The notes under the pieces were generated by a model, which ran no database searches, had not been told where the DNA came from, and saw only the letters and a list, made by a program, of their open reading frames with translations. A stretch of DNA of 64,000 nucleotides. Origin: Octopus sinensis (Eukaryota). Location of the stretch: NCBI RefSeq assembly GCF_006345805.1, contig NC_043018.1, positions 9,920,001 to 9,984,000 of the forward strand, given 5' to 3'. A program made the translations under genes and the position numbers. This document shows, in pieces, positions 1-10,429 of the stretch; the stretch's first letter is position 1; each line of letters opens with the position of its first letter.

Positions 1-135
1 AAAACAAACAGATGTATTAGTATAAGGCTCAGGAATAGAAAAAGTCTTTTACGTTTCGAGCCTACGCTCTTCCACAGAAAGGGACACAGAAAAGAAACAA
101 GGAGAGAAAAAAATGTGTGTAGTGGCTAACAATCT
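1..135 (-). mobile_element. Penelope-type terminal repeat fragment carrying a hammerhead-like motif
   Basis: Reverse complement of 1-85 aligns with 43535-43620, and 1-36 matches 44295-44330; contains GAAGAGCGTAGGCTCGAAACGTAAAAG. PLE assignment rests on the hammerhead-type motif (inference). Confidence 0.6.
46..81 (-). ncRNA. Minimal type I hammerhead ribozyme-like motif (A6U core variant)
   Basis: Minus strand: CTTT-CTGTGGA-A-GAGC gtag GCTC-GAAACGT-A-AAAG; helix I CUUU/AAAG, helix II GAGC/GCUC, palindromic ACGU helix III, GUA triplet. Confidence 0.55.
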
Positions 136-488
136 ATCATGGCAACACACACACACGCCTATCAATCTATATATATATACACACCTATATCTTTTACTCT
201 TCATATAAATACACACACACACACGTGTGTGTATCTGCATTCTAGACTGTTCAATGGTGCTAACCAGCACAAGCAACTTAAAGAAGATAGAAATCTTACT
301 ATAGAACAGACGCACACAAATGTGTGCCTACCAGGCACTGCCCACTGAAGTGGATGGGGCTTTGTTAACTACAAAAATGGTTTGCTTTTTTGTCTTAGAA
401 TTACACTTCCAAAACCAAAGCGTGTCTTCCATGGTATTTGTTTCTCTAAATTTTAACCCTTGCGTCAGGAAACAATAATAATTACAAC

Positions 489-708
489 AATAATCCTTTC
501 TACTATAGGCATAAGGCATGAATTTTTTGTGGGGCAGGGGAGTTGATTATAATGACACAGGTGCTCAATTAGTATTTATTTTATCGACCCCAAAAGAGCA
601 AAAAGGCAAAGTTGACCTCAGCAGTTTTTGAATTCAGAACAAAAAGACATGAAATGCTGTGGAGAATGTTGTCCGGCATGCTAACAGTTCTGTGAGTTTG
701 CTGCCTTA
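489..708 (-). mobile_element. SINE family A (tRNA-like head, TTA-repeat tail), degenerate
   Basis: Reverse complement of the GAGTTCAAAT...GTTGACTTTGCCTTT...GGGGTCGATAAAATAA body and the CCTTGTGCCTATAGTAGAAAGGATT tail. Confidence 0.8.
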
Positions 709-713
709 AGAAA

Positions 714-1788
714 AGGCTCTGAGCTGGAAGAATCCTTAGAATGTCAGAAGAACGCCACGTATCAGTTCTTTCTGAGTTCAAACTCCACCAAGGTTGACTT
801 TGCCTTTCATCCTTCCGGGGTCGATTAAATAAATACCAGTGAAATACTGAGGGTTGATGTAATTGACTTAAGGCCTTCCTCAAAATTGCTGGACATGTGC
901 AAAAATTTGAAACCATTATTATTATTTAAAGGTGACGAGCTGGCAGAATCGTTAGCATGTTGGGTGAAATACCTGGTGGTATTTCATCTGTCGCTACATT
1001 CTGAGTTCCTATTCCATCAAGGTTGACTGCCTTTCATCCTTTCAGGGTTGATTAAAAAAAGTACCAGTTGAAAACTGGGGTAATCAACTCATCTCCTCCC
1101 CCAAAATTGCTACCCTTGTGGCAAAATTTCAAACCATTATCATTATTATTAATAAGGTGGCGAACTGGCAGAGACATTAGCGGTATTTCGTCTGTCTTTA
1201 TGCTCCGAGTTCAAATTCTGCCGAGGTTGACTTTGCCTTTCATCCTTTCAGGGTCAATAAATTAAGTACCAGTTGTGTACTGGGGTCGATCTAATCGACT
1301 GTCCCACAAATCCCCAAAAATTTCAGGCCTTGTGCCTAGAGCAGAAAAGATTGTTATTATTGAGGAATTGTTACTGTGTTGAGAAAATGCTTAGCAGTAT
1401 TTCTTCCTCCATGTTTTGAGTTCAAATTCTGCTAAGGCTGACTTTGCCTTTCATCCTTTTGAGGTCGATATATACCAGCCAAGCACTGGGGGTTGATATA
1501 ATTGACTCTCCTCCTCCTCTCCTGCAAATTCCAGGCCTTGTGCCCACAGCAGAAAGGGCCGCCACCATTATTATTCAGAGGGTGAACTGGCAGAACCATT
1601 AGCACACGAAAGACGTAGTAGCATTGCACCAGTCTTTACATTCTGAGATCAAATTCTGCTGAGGTCGACCTATCCTTTCAGGGTTGACAAAAAGAGTACC
1701 AGTCAAGCACAGGGGTTGATGTAGTCGACTGGGCCTCCTCCCCACAAAATTCAGGCCTTGTGCCTACAGCTGGAAGGATTATTATTTA
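714..1788 (+). mobile_element. Head-to-tail array of five family A SINEs
   Basis: Heads at about 714, 930, 1155, 1362 and 1577 (GGCGAGCTGGCAGAA...GAGTTCAAATTC B-box-like), each ending in an (ATT)n tail. Confidence 0.9.
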
Positions 1789-1804
1789 ATTGACGAATGG
1801 CTGT

Positions 1805-2165
1805 CCATGTATTATTTGTGTGTGTGTGTGTGTGTGTATTTATACATACACACACATATACACAAACATATATACACATACATATACACACATCTATATA
1901 CACACACACACACACATCTATACATACACACACCTATACATACAGCTATACAGACACATACATACACACATTTATACATACCCACATTCACATACATATA
2001 TACATACAGATGTATATATATACACATACATATCCACACAAACATATATACATACACATATATACATTCATGCACACATATATATATATACACATATATA
2101 CATATACACATATATAGATACATACACACATACAAATACACACATATAAATACACACATATACAT
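1805..2165. repeat. Compound (TG)n/(CA/TA)n microsatellite
   Basis: Direct inspection. Confidence 0.95.
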
Positions 2166-2689
2166 ACATCTTCCATTAGTTTCAGTTTGGACTGTGGCCA
2201 TGCTGGAACACTGACTTTGTATAATACAAATGTGTGTGTAATACACACACACACACCCACACATGCTATATGTAGTATTAGTCCTACTACTATTTCTGCA
2301 CTACTACTACTACTACAACAACTACTACTATCATCCTACTGCTACCGCTACCATCACCACTTGTACTATTACTCCTACTACTATTACAAAAAAAAAAGAT
2401 CAGAGAGAAAAATACAGAATCGTTTAGCAACACCCCCTCACCCTCATCCCCCACAATGACGATAGTGGTGGTAGAGGGAGTGGGTGGGGGACAAGATTCT
2501 AGTCCCCCACCCTCACCCCACCGCCATCACCGTACAACTGCTGCTGCATTTCTATCAATGGGAGAGGGGAGGGGCACCAGCAGCAACGACATATATTATC
2601 TCAAACACAGTTTCTACTGCAAGCAAGCTGTCTATCCGACATGGTTGTGGTGGGCGTGGGTGGAGGGCAGGGATGGCAGCAGTAGAAAA

Positions 2690-3376
2690 TGGTGGTGGCA
2701 ATGATAGTGGTGGTGGTGGTGACGACGATGGTGATGGCGATGGTGGTGTGGTATTGGTGATGATGATGGTGGTGGCGATGATGATGGTGATGATGGTGGT
2801 TATGATGATGGTGATGATGATGGTGGTGGTGATGATGGTGGTGGTGATGATGATGGGGATGATGATGGTGACGATGATGGTGGTGGCGATGATGATGATG
2901 GTGGTGGTGACGGTGACGATGGTGATGGTAGTGGCAATGATAGTGATGATGGTGATGTGGTGATGGTGGTGATGATGATGATGGTGGTGGTAACGATGGT
3001 GATGATGATGATGGTGGTGGTAACGATGGTGATGATGATGATGGTGGTGGTAACGATGGTGGTGGTGGTGGTGACGATGGTGATGATGATGATGGTGGTG
3101 GTGGTGGTAACGATGGTGATGATGATGATGGTGGTGGTGGTGGTGACGATGGTGATGGTTATAGTAGTGAGGTTGGCAGTCTGTTGGCAAGTGCTGATGG
3201 TAGTGATGGAGGTGATGAAGGCACTGGTGGTGGCAGTGGTAGTGTTGGTAGAGTTTAGCAATGGTGATGGCGATGGTTGGTGTTGTTGATGGTGATGGTC
3301 ACAATGGAGGTGCTGGCTAATGGTATGGATTGCAACGACGACAGTAGTAGTGGTAGGTTGGTGGTGCTGGTAGTAG

Positions 3377-3407
<31 letters not shown>

Positions 3408-3440
3408 GAAGGTGGTCAAATCTGTAGGGGGGGGTGGTAG
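2690..3440. repeat. (GAT/GGT)n trinucleotide tract with a 30-nt higher-order unit around 2965-3060
   Basis: GATGGTGATGATGATGATGGTGGTGGTAAC repeated about 3 times; produces the poly-His/Met/Thr pseudo-ORFs. Confidence 0.95.
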
Positions 3441-3739
3441 TCGTGATGGTGGTGGGGAGAGATGGTGTTATTGGCAGACCTCTGATACTAATTTATGCTA
3501 ATTATATGTGTGAGTAAATTTGTATGAATGAAGAGTGTTGGTCACAGGAGGAGGAGATCTCATGATACAAGATGTGTATATATATATGTGTGAGTGTGTG
3601 CACACACACCCATCAATACATACAATTATCAATATATATATACACACGCACACACATGTATACAAACACCTATATTTTTCCCTCTCCACATAAATACACA
3701 CACACACCAACAGGCATAGACACACAGTGTTTGTGTGTA

Positions 3740-3791
<52 letters not shown>

Positions 3792-3929
3792 TTCTAGACT
3801 GTTGAATGGTGCTAACCAACACAAGCAACTTAAAGGAGATAGAAATCTTACGATAGAACAAATGTGTGTGTGTGTGTGAATTCATTCATCATCTGGTCAA
3901 ACTTGCTGGGATTAAGACAGATATAGATA

Positions 3930-4090
3930 TGTGTATTTCTATATAAGACATAAATACATGCACATATATAATATATATATATATACATACAGGATAATAT
4001 ATATATATATATATATCTATATATATATATATTATATACATACATATATATACATACAGGATATATATAATATATATATATATACATACA

Positions 4091-4125
<35 letters not shown>

Positions 4126-4570
4126 ATTATATATACATACAGGATATATATATACATAATTATATATACATACAGGATTATATATATATATTATATATAT
4201 ATAATATATATACATATATATATATATATACATATATATATACATACAGGATATATATATATACACATATATATATACATACATATATGATATATACATA
4301 TATATATACATATATACATACATACATATATACATACAGGATATATATATAACACATATATATATATATATACATACATATATGATATATACATATATAT
4401 ATACATACATATATGATATATATATATATACATACATACAGGATATATATACATACATACATACAGGATTATATATATATATACATACAGGATATATATA
4501 TATACACATATAGGATATATATATATACACATATATATATATATACTATATATATATATACACATATATA

Positions 4571-4604
<34 letters not shown>

Positions 4605-4740
4605 ATATATATATATACATATAATATATATATATATACACATATAATATATATATATATAATATATATTATATATATATATAACATACATACAGGATAT
4701 ATATATATAAATGGATATATATATGTATAAATACATAAAG
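3930..4740. repeat. (TA)n tract punctuated by a CATACAGGA motif
   Basis: About 11-12 TACAGGAT interruptions at irregular spacing. Confidence 0.9.
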
Positions 4741-4974
4741 TAATAGATACATGCGTATTATTATCTGTGTGTGTGTATACACACCTACATACTTATATAT
4801 ATATCTCTACCATTCTCTTCTGTTGAATGGTGCCAACCAATACAGCAACTTAGACATAATCAATCAATATGATTGCATGGCTCTAATGGCAGAGGGATTG
4901 GTTAGAATATCACCACCACCACCACCACCACCACGATGATCTATCCACATATATAATGACACACACACACACAC

Positions 4975-5330
4975 ATCATTATCGTTTTACATCTGCATTC
5001 CTGGCTGGGCCGTCATGTTTCACGATGGTTCTTATTTAGAGTTACTGCGCTCTTAGACAGGACAGAGAACAATCTCTTACGCATTTCACTTCTGGCTTGG
5101 CTACAACAGCTGGACATCCTTCCTAGCGCCAACCACTTTCACACAGTGTATGAGGGGGAGTCATCAGGTTCTCAATGAAAGTAAACTTTTCTTCCAAATC
5201 TACATTATCTTCCCTAATTTGCCAATCTCTGTGCCGAATGTTCTGGGTGAATTTTATCATGGTACCAGCACAAATGAAGGTGTCTTGTACCTCATGGATT
5301 AAAGTGTCAACACTACTAAATATGATGTGT
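4975..5330 (-). mobile_element. Internally deleted RTE-type LINE remnant with 3' tail
   Basis: Tail GTGGTTGGCGCTAGGAAGGATGTCCAGCTGT...GTAAAACGATAATGATG matches family C; upstream VDLEEKFTFIENLMT weakly resembles the RT motif VEKFTYLGSLIT. Confidence 0.45.
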
Positions 5331-5628
5331 TTGTCTGTGAAGGTGGAGAGAAGGGAAAACGAACAAAGTACCAGGATGGGATGGGTGGGGGTAACATGAG
5401 GGTGAGGGCAGAAACAAAGGGATGGCCTGAAGGGGAGAATAAGTGGTGACTGGCAGTTAAAGGCGAATCCAAGGTAATCCCTTCTATACATGCTTTGGGA
5501 TGGGTGAGAAAGGTAAAATGGTAACAAAGAGAGAAAGAGAGAGAGAGAGCATGTATTAGAAAGCTGAAAGGATAAAACAAGTTCAATGATATCCCTAGTT
5601 ACCGTGACAACATGGTACTGTGATCAGG

Positions 5629-5829
5629 CAGCGACCTGGCAGAAATGTTAGCACGCTGTGTAAAATGCTTAGCGGTATTTCGTCTGCGTTACGTTGTGAG
5701 TTCAAATTCCACCGAGGTCGACAAATTAAGTACCAGTTACGCACTGGGGTCGATGTAATCGACTTAATACCTATGTCTGTCCTTGTTTGTCCCCTCTGTG
5801 TTTAGCCCCTTGTGGGTAATAAAGAAATA
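5629..5829 (+). mobile_element. SINE family A, alternative-tail subfamily (A2), with 15-bp TSD
   Basis: TSD GGTACTGTGATCAGG at 5614-5628 and 5830-5844; tail TTTAGCCCCTTGTGGGTAATAAAGAAATA. Confidence 0.92.
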
Positions 5830-5970
5830 GGTACTGTGATCAGGATCCTTCATTGCTGTGATAGTGTGAGAGAGAAATGAATAAACATGACAACAGATAA
5901 GGAATCTAGTGCCTGCTACCATGGCAACCACCCTATCCTCACCACTAGTTTCCATAAGGTCCATCTAGCT

Positions 5971-7271
5971 CAGGGGGTTCTCAACCATTTTTTTTATGCC
6001 TACAGATCCCTTTGATTACCCTTTTTTCACAAGATTCATGAGATGGTTGTGATCAGTAAACAGTTTAGAGTAGGAACCAGAAAGAGAAAATATAAACACG
6101 CAATGCACAGGTCAAAATAAGATGGAAGAACAAAACAAGTTGTATGATGGTCTCTGTATGCTACATCTGGCACCACTGTTACGTGGCTTTGTTGCAATCT
6201 TCTTGTTACTCTGGTGGACCCCCCACCCCACAGCCATTTTATGCTTTATTTTGAAAATAAATGTATTTTTTCAGACATTTTTTAATTGTTTTATTTTACT
6301 ATGTTTTGAATGGTGATTTCGAGGTATATTTCAAACCTTATTTATTATGAATTTTAATTCAATAATATTGATTTTAAATTACCGCTTTGGGCTGACCCGT
6401 TTTTAGACGAAGAACTCGTTTGCTGTCGATTTTGGCAAGTCTATCTTTTGACGAGTTAACTCGCCAGAGATAGAAAAAAACGATTTCGGTCAAAACGAAT
6501 ATATTCGTTTCTGCCGGGTAAGAGGTTAACAGATACTTCTTTCAAAATTCCTATTTTGTTTTTCATTTATTCACTTGTGCACATTTGCAATAAAACTCTG
6601 AGAGAACATGTTTGGCTTGTCAGAAACATGTGGAACTCTGCAAAACATTAAAAGAAACCTGGTTGTTTCTTGCAAGAAATACACGTTTTATAAGGCAGCG
6701 AGCTGGCAAAACCATTAGCACACCAGGTGAAATGCTTAGTGGTATTTCATCTGGCAGAAACGTTAGCACGCTGGGCGAAATGTGTAGCCGTATTTCGTCT
6801 GTCGTTACGGTCTGAGTTCAAATTCCGCCGAGGTCCACTTTGCCTTTCATCCTTTCGGGGTCGATAAATAAAGTACCAGTTACGCACTGGGGTCGATGTA
6901 ATCGACTTAATACCTATGTCTGTCCTTGTTTGTCCCCTCTATGTTTAGCCCCTTGTGGGTAATAAAGAAATAAGTATTTCGTCTGTCTTTACATTTTGAG
7001 ATCAAATTCTGCCGAGGTTGACTTTGCCTTTCATCCTTTTGGGGTCGATAAATTAAGCACCAGTTGCATACTGGGGTTGATCTAATCAACTTACCCACTC
7101 ACCTCAAAATTTCAGGCCTTGTGCCTAGAGTAGTAAAGAATAAATACATCTAAAGCCAAATTTTTCCATGGACCCCCAAAATACTATTGCAGATCCCCAA
7201 TTTACTATTTTACTCCAAAAAACCTTGTATGGATCCCCAGGAGTTATAAGGACCCTGGATAAGAACCACTG
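5971..7271. mobile_element. Non-autonomous hAT element with nested insertions
   Basis: Termini CAGGGGGTTCTCAACC / GGATAAGAACCACTG; 8-bp TSD ATCTAGCT (5963-5970) vs ATCTAGAT (7272-7279). Confidence 0.75.
6693..7140 (+). mobile_element. Family A SINE with an A2 SINE inserted in its head
   Basis: Duplicated GGTATTTCATCTG (6741-6753) / AGTATTTCGTCTG (6973-6985) flank the A2 copy; the host SINE body resumes afterwards. Confidence 0.85.
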
Positions 7272-7589
7272 ATCTAGATTCCTCTGCTGTTGACTTTTTT
7301 AAGGGGCAACTTTGTAACACTGCTCTTCTCAGACAGTATGACTTTACTTCTCCCTTCCCACCATTTTTGCACTGTATCCCCTTCTTTCTCTGCTTTTTAT
7401 CCTTCTCCCACAGGTCCTTCCTTCTTTTGTCCATACTCCCTTCCCCCATTTCCCTCTATCTTTCTTCCTTGCTTTCTCACCTGCCTCTCTTACCTGACTC
7501 TCCTCTACCTCTTCCTTCACACTCTCCCAAAGGATTCCCTACTATCTCCTACCTAAATATCCCACTCTCTTATATGTTTGTTCCTTCTC

Positions 7590-7862
7590 GAGCCATGCCT
7601 GGCTCATAAGGGCCGGTTTCTGTGGCGTATAGGTTCCCCACCTGGACGGGACGCCGGTCTGTCGCAGGCGAGCCACAAGATGCAGGAGGAAAGAGTGAGA
7701 GAAAGTTGTGGTGAAAGAGTCAGCAGAAGTTCGCCATTACCTTCTGCTGGAGCCACATAGAGCTTAGGTGTTTCGCTCATGAACACACACATCGCCCGGT
7801 CTGAGATTCGAATCCACGATCTCTCGACTGCGAGTCCACTGCTCTAACCACTAGGCCATGTG
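7590..7862 (-). mobile_element. SINE family D (tRNA-derived head 1)
   Basis: Minus head CACATGGCCTAGTGGTTAGAGCAGTGGACTCGCAGTCGAGAGATCGTGGATTCGAATCTC with A- and B-boxes. Confidence 0.85.
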
Positions 7863-7964
7863 TGCACCACTCTCTTATACTACTGCCTCGTCCCTTCTCG
7901 ACCCACACATTCGCTAATTCTCCCTTAACTATTGGTGCAGACTTCTGGTTTCTTATCACTTTCA

Positions 7965-8260
7965 GTTGAAGATATGTGGCTGAGTGGTTAGGGGTTCCCA
8001 GTGATGCCTTGTATCCTTGAACAAGACACTTTGTTTCAAGTCGCTCCAGTCCACTCGGCTGGCAAAAAATGAGTGGTACCTGTAATTCAAAGGGACCAGC
8101 TTTGTCACATTCCGTGTTACCCTGACCCCCGCCAAGAACTATGTTAAGGGTACAGGTGTCTGTGGTATGCTCAGCCACTTGCAAGTTACTTCCATGAGCA
8201 GGCTGTTCCGTTGAGCAAATCAACTGGAAACCTCATTGTTGTAACCGACAGAGGGCCAGT
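7965..8260 (+). mobile_element. SINE with CORE-like domain and family D shared tail
   Basis: GTGGCTGAGTGGTTAGG...TCCTTGAACAAGACACT...CTCCAGTCCACTCGGCTGGCAAAAAATGAGT; tail homologous to 28345-28530 and 38570-38750. Confidence 0.8.
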
Positions 8261-8399
8261 TATCCCCTTCAACCCCCAACTTCCCCCCCCCCCGTTTATC
8301 GTGTTCTACGGCTATGACTTCAGCAGCAGTGAATGCTTAGGTTGAAAGTTTACACAAGGAGGATGTGGACTTGTCAAGCCACGGTGAAGGTAACCTGTC

Positions 8400-9540
8400 T
8401 CAGAAAATAGAAACGTGAAAAACTAAATGTGTGAAGGAGACCCTTTAGTCCTGACAGACAAACCCCTCTAATGCTGGTCATGTGACCACATACACCCAGT
8501 CTACACTGTGTAATGGTTGACTTTTTTGTACTCACATCAGATGTTTTGAATCCTTGTTTAAAACCAAGCACATGTACATTGAAGGTGATGTCAGAGTTCC
8601 TTCTTCCCAGTTTTGGCTCTAATGGGAAGAATGCCCTTTATTCATGACCTGAAGAAGGCAAGCCTTTCTGACTTTGAAAGACTTGAGTGCCAAATACTTT
8701 GAGACCTTTTCGGTTTGAACAGCAGTTTTTAACATAATTTCTAAGTAACTAAAAAATTTTAAACTTCGTATACTGGTAGAATGGTAGAATGTGTTTATAA
8801 AACATCTTTTTCTCTTATTGAGAAAATTCTATAGTTTGTAAGATATTTGTTGTTTTTTTCCTCCAATTTCTGCAATTTCAACCAATCAATGACGTCTATT
8901 GTGAGGTAAAAAAACATTGTGCCGTATGAATATGTCCCTCGTTTAAGAAACAGATTGGATTTATTTACATTTGTGAAGAAAAAAAGATACCCTTCCCTCA
9001 CCCCTAACCCTAAAATAGATTGAAATGCAATAGATCGATACTAGGGTCATAATTATGGGTGACAATTTCGTATGACACCACTAGAAAAAACTGTCATTCA
9101 AACCGAAAAGATCCATACTTTGAAGCTTGTTATGATGACCTTCTGTGATTTCCCGTTTCAGTACCCAGACTGCTTTCTGTCAAGACAGTTGGAACCATCT
9201 CAATAAATTTAAGAAACTCTTGTACCCTTCCCTCCAAAGTGCCAATTCAGTCAGATCCGTGTGTAGGATTAAAGCATCACTCTAGTTGCTCACTAATACA
9301 AATGAAGGAATTATACTTATAGAGGTTTCCAGGTGCCCAAAGAAGTCTGGTTGTGCTGTTCCACTGAAGAATGGAATGTTGCTAAAGACACTACTTTGAC
9401 TGTAACATATTTAAGACCCTCAACTTATCTGGATCCTAAAAAACCATCTTATTTTGAGACCTAGGCTTCACCTGAACAACACTGCCATACTATAAACCTG
9501 GTCTATTTAAAACAGGCATACACCTGATAGCCACCTGGGA
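8400..9540 (+). pseudogene. Possible highly decayed Gypsy-type RT/RNase H remnant, split by a MITE
   Basis: Scattered motifs (RRQAFLTLK, YKPG) with many stops and frameshifts; weak. Confidence 0.3.
8702..9114. mobile_element. Merlin-type MITE (413 bp) with 8-bp TSD and internal CCCTAA repeats
   Basis: TIR AGACCTTTTCGGTTTGAACAGCAG / CTGTCATTCAAACCGAAAAGATCC; TSD ATACTTTG at 8694-8701 and 9115-9122; second copy at 20422-20852. Confidence 0.9.
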
Positions 9541-9619
9541 GAAGCAAGAGTAATTGCATGTTGGAAGCTTTAGTCTTACTGAAGGTTAAGACATCTTAAA
9601 TAAACTTCAGGTTGCTGGG

Positions 9620-10110
9620 CAGATGACCTGAAATTTATGGGGAGGGATTAGTCAGATTAACCTCAGTACTTTACTGGTATTTTATTTACCCTGGGGGAAT
9701 GAGAATTAAAACTGATTTCAGCAGAATTTGAACTCACTGCTCTAATAATTGATTTGGGCACAAGGTGAGCAATTTTGAAGGAAGGACATAATTCAATACC
9801 ATTTACTGGAGTACAAGACTGGTCCTTTATTTTATCAACCCAAAAGGGATAAAAAGCAAAGTTGTGTTCAGTGGGATTTGAACTCAGAATGTAAAGAGCA
9901 GGAACAATTACTACAAGGCATTTTCTGCAATAATAATAATAATAATTTTAATTTTGGCAGGAGGGAGAAATTGCTTACACTGACCCCCTTCCTTGGTGAT
10001 TAACTGGTACTTATTTTATTGATCCCAAAAGGATGAAAGGCTAAGTCTACCTGGATGGGATTTGATCTCAGAAGAGCCATGAAGCTGCAAAGCATCTTGT
10101 CCAATGCTCT
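9620..10110 (-). mobile_element. Three degenerate family A SINEs in tandem
   Basis: Repeated CTGGTACTTATTTTAT...GATTTGAACTC blocks. Confidence 0.7.
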
Positions 10111-10335
10111 AATGCTGCCCCAACCATATGTGGCACCTTAAGGTAAGTGTCTTCTATGATAACCTTGGGCCAACCACAGCCTCGTGAGTTGATGTGGTAG
10201 ACGGAAACTGAAAGAAGTCTGTTGTGTGTGTGTGTGTGTGTCCCATTACTGTTTGACAACTGGTGCTGGTGTGTTTACATCCCTGTAACTTGGTGGTTTG
10301 GCAAAAGAGACCAATAGAATTAGTACCAGGCTTTA
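10110..10335 (+). mobile_element. Family B SINE fragment
   Basis: GTGTCTTCT...GTAGACGGAAACTGAAAGAAG...CTTGACAAC...GCAAAAGAGACC body matches 12481-12879. Confidence 0.75.
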
Positions 10336-10429
10336 AAAAAGTAAAATTGCCTTCCCTGCCCTGGAAGAAAACAGTGAAGATCTCTTAACTGCTGGACATT
10401 CCATTGACACAGCCTTCTTTCAACCCTGG

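Noticed and set aside
2555-3190. Poly-His ORF resembling a histidine-rich protein
   Set aside because: It is a translation of the (CAT/CAC)n microsatellite; open in several frames on both strands with no unique coding flanks.
5140-5170. CTGATGA...GAAA on the minus strand (hammerhead-like spacing)
   Set aside because: No helix II pairing or G10.1-C11.1; the GAAA lies in the family C tail consensus.
7800-7862. tRNA gene-like A/B boxes (also at 12820-12879 and 51130-51198)
   Set aside because: They are SINE heads continuing into repeat bodies; no full cloverleaf or acceptor stem.
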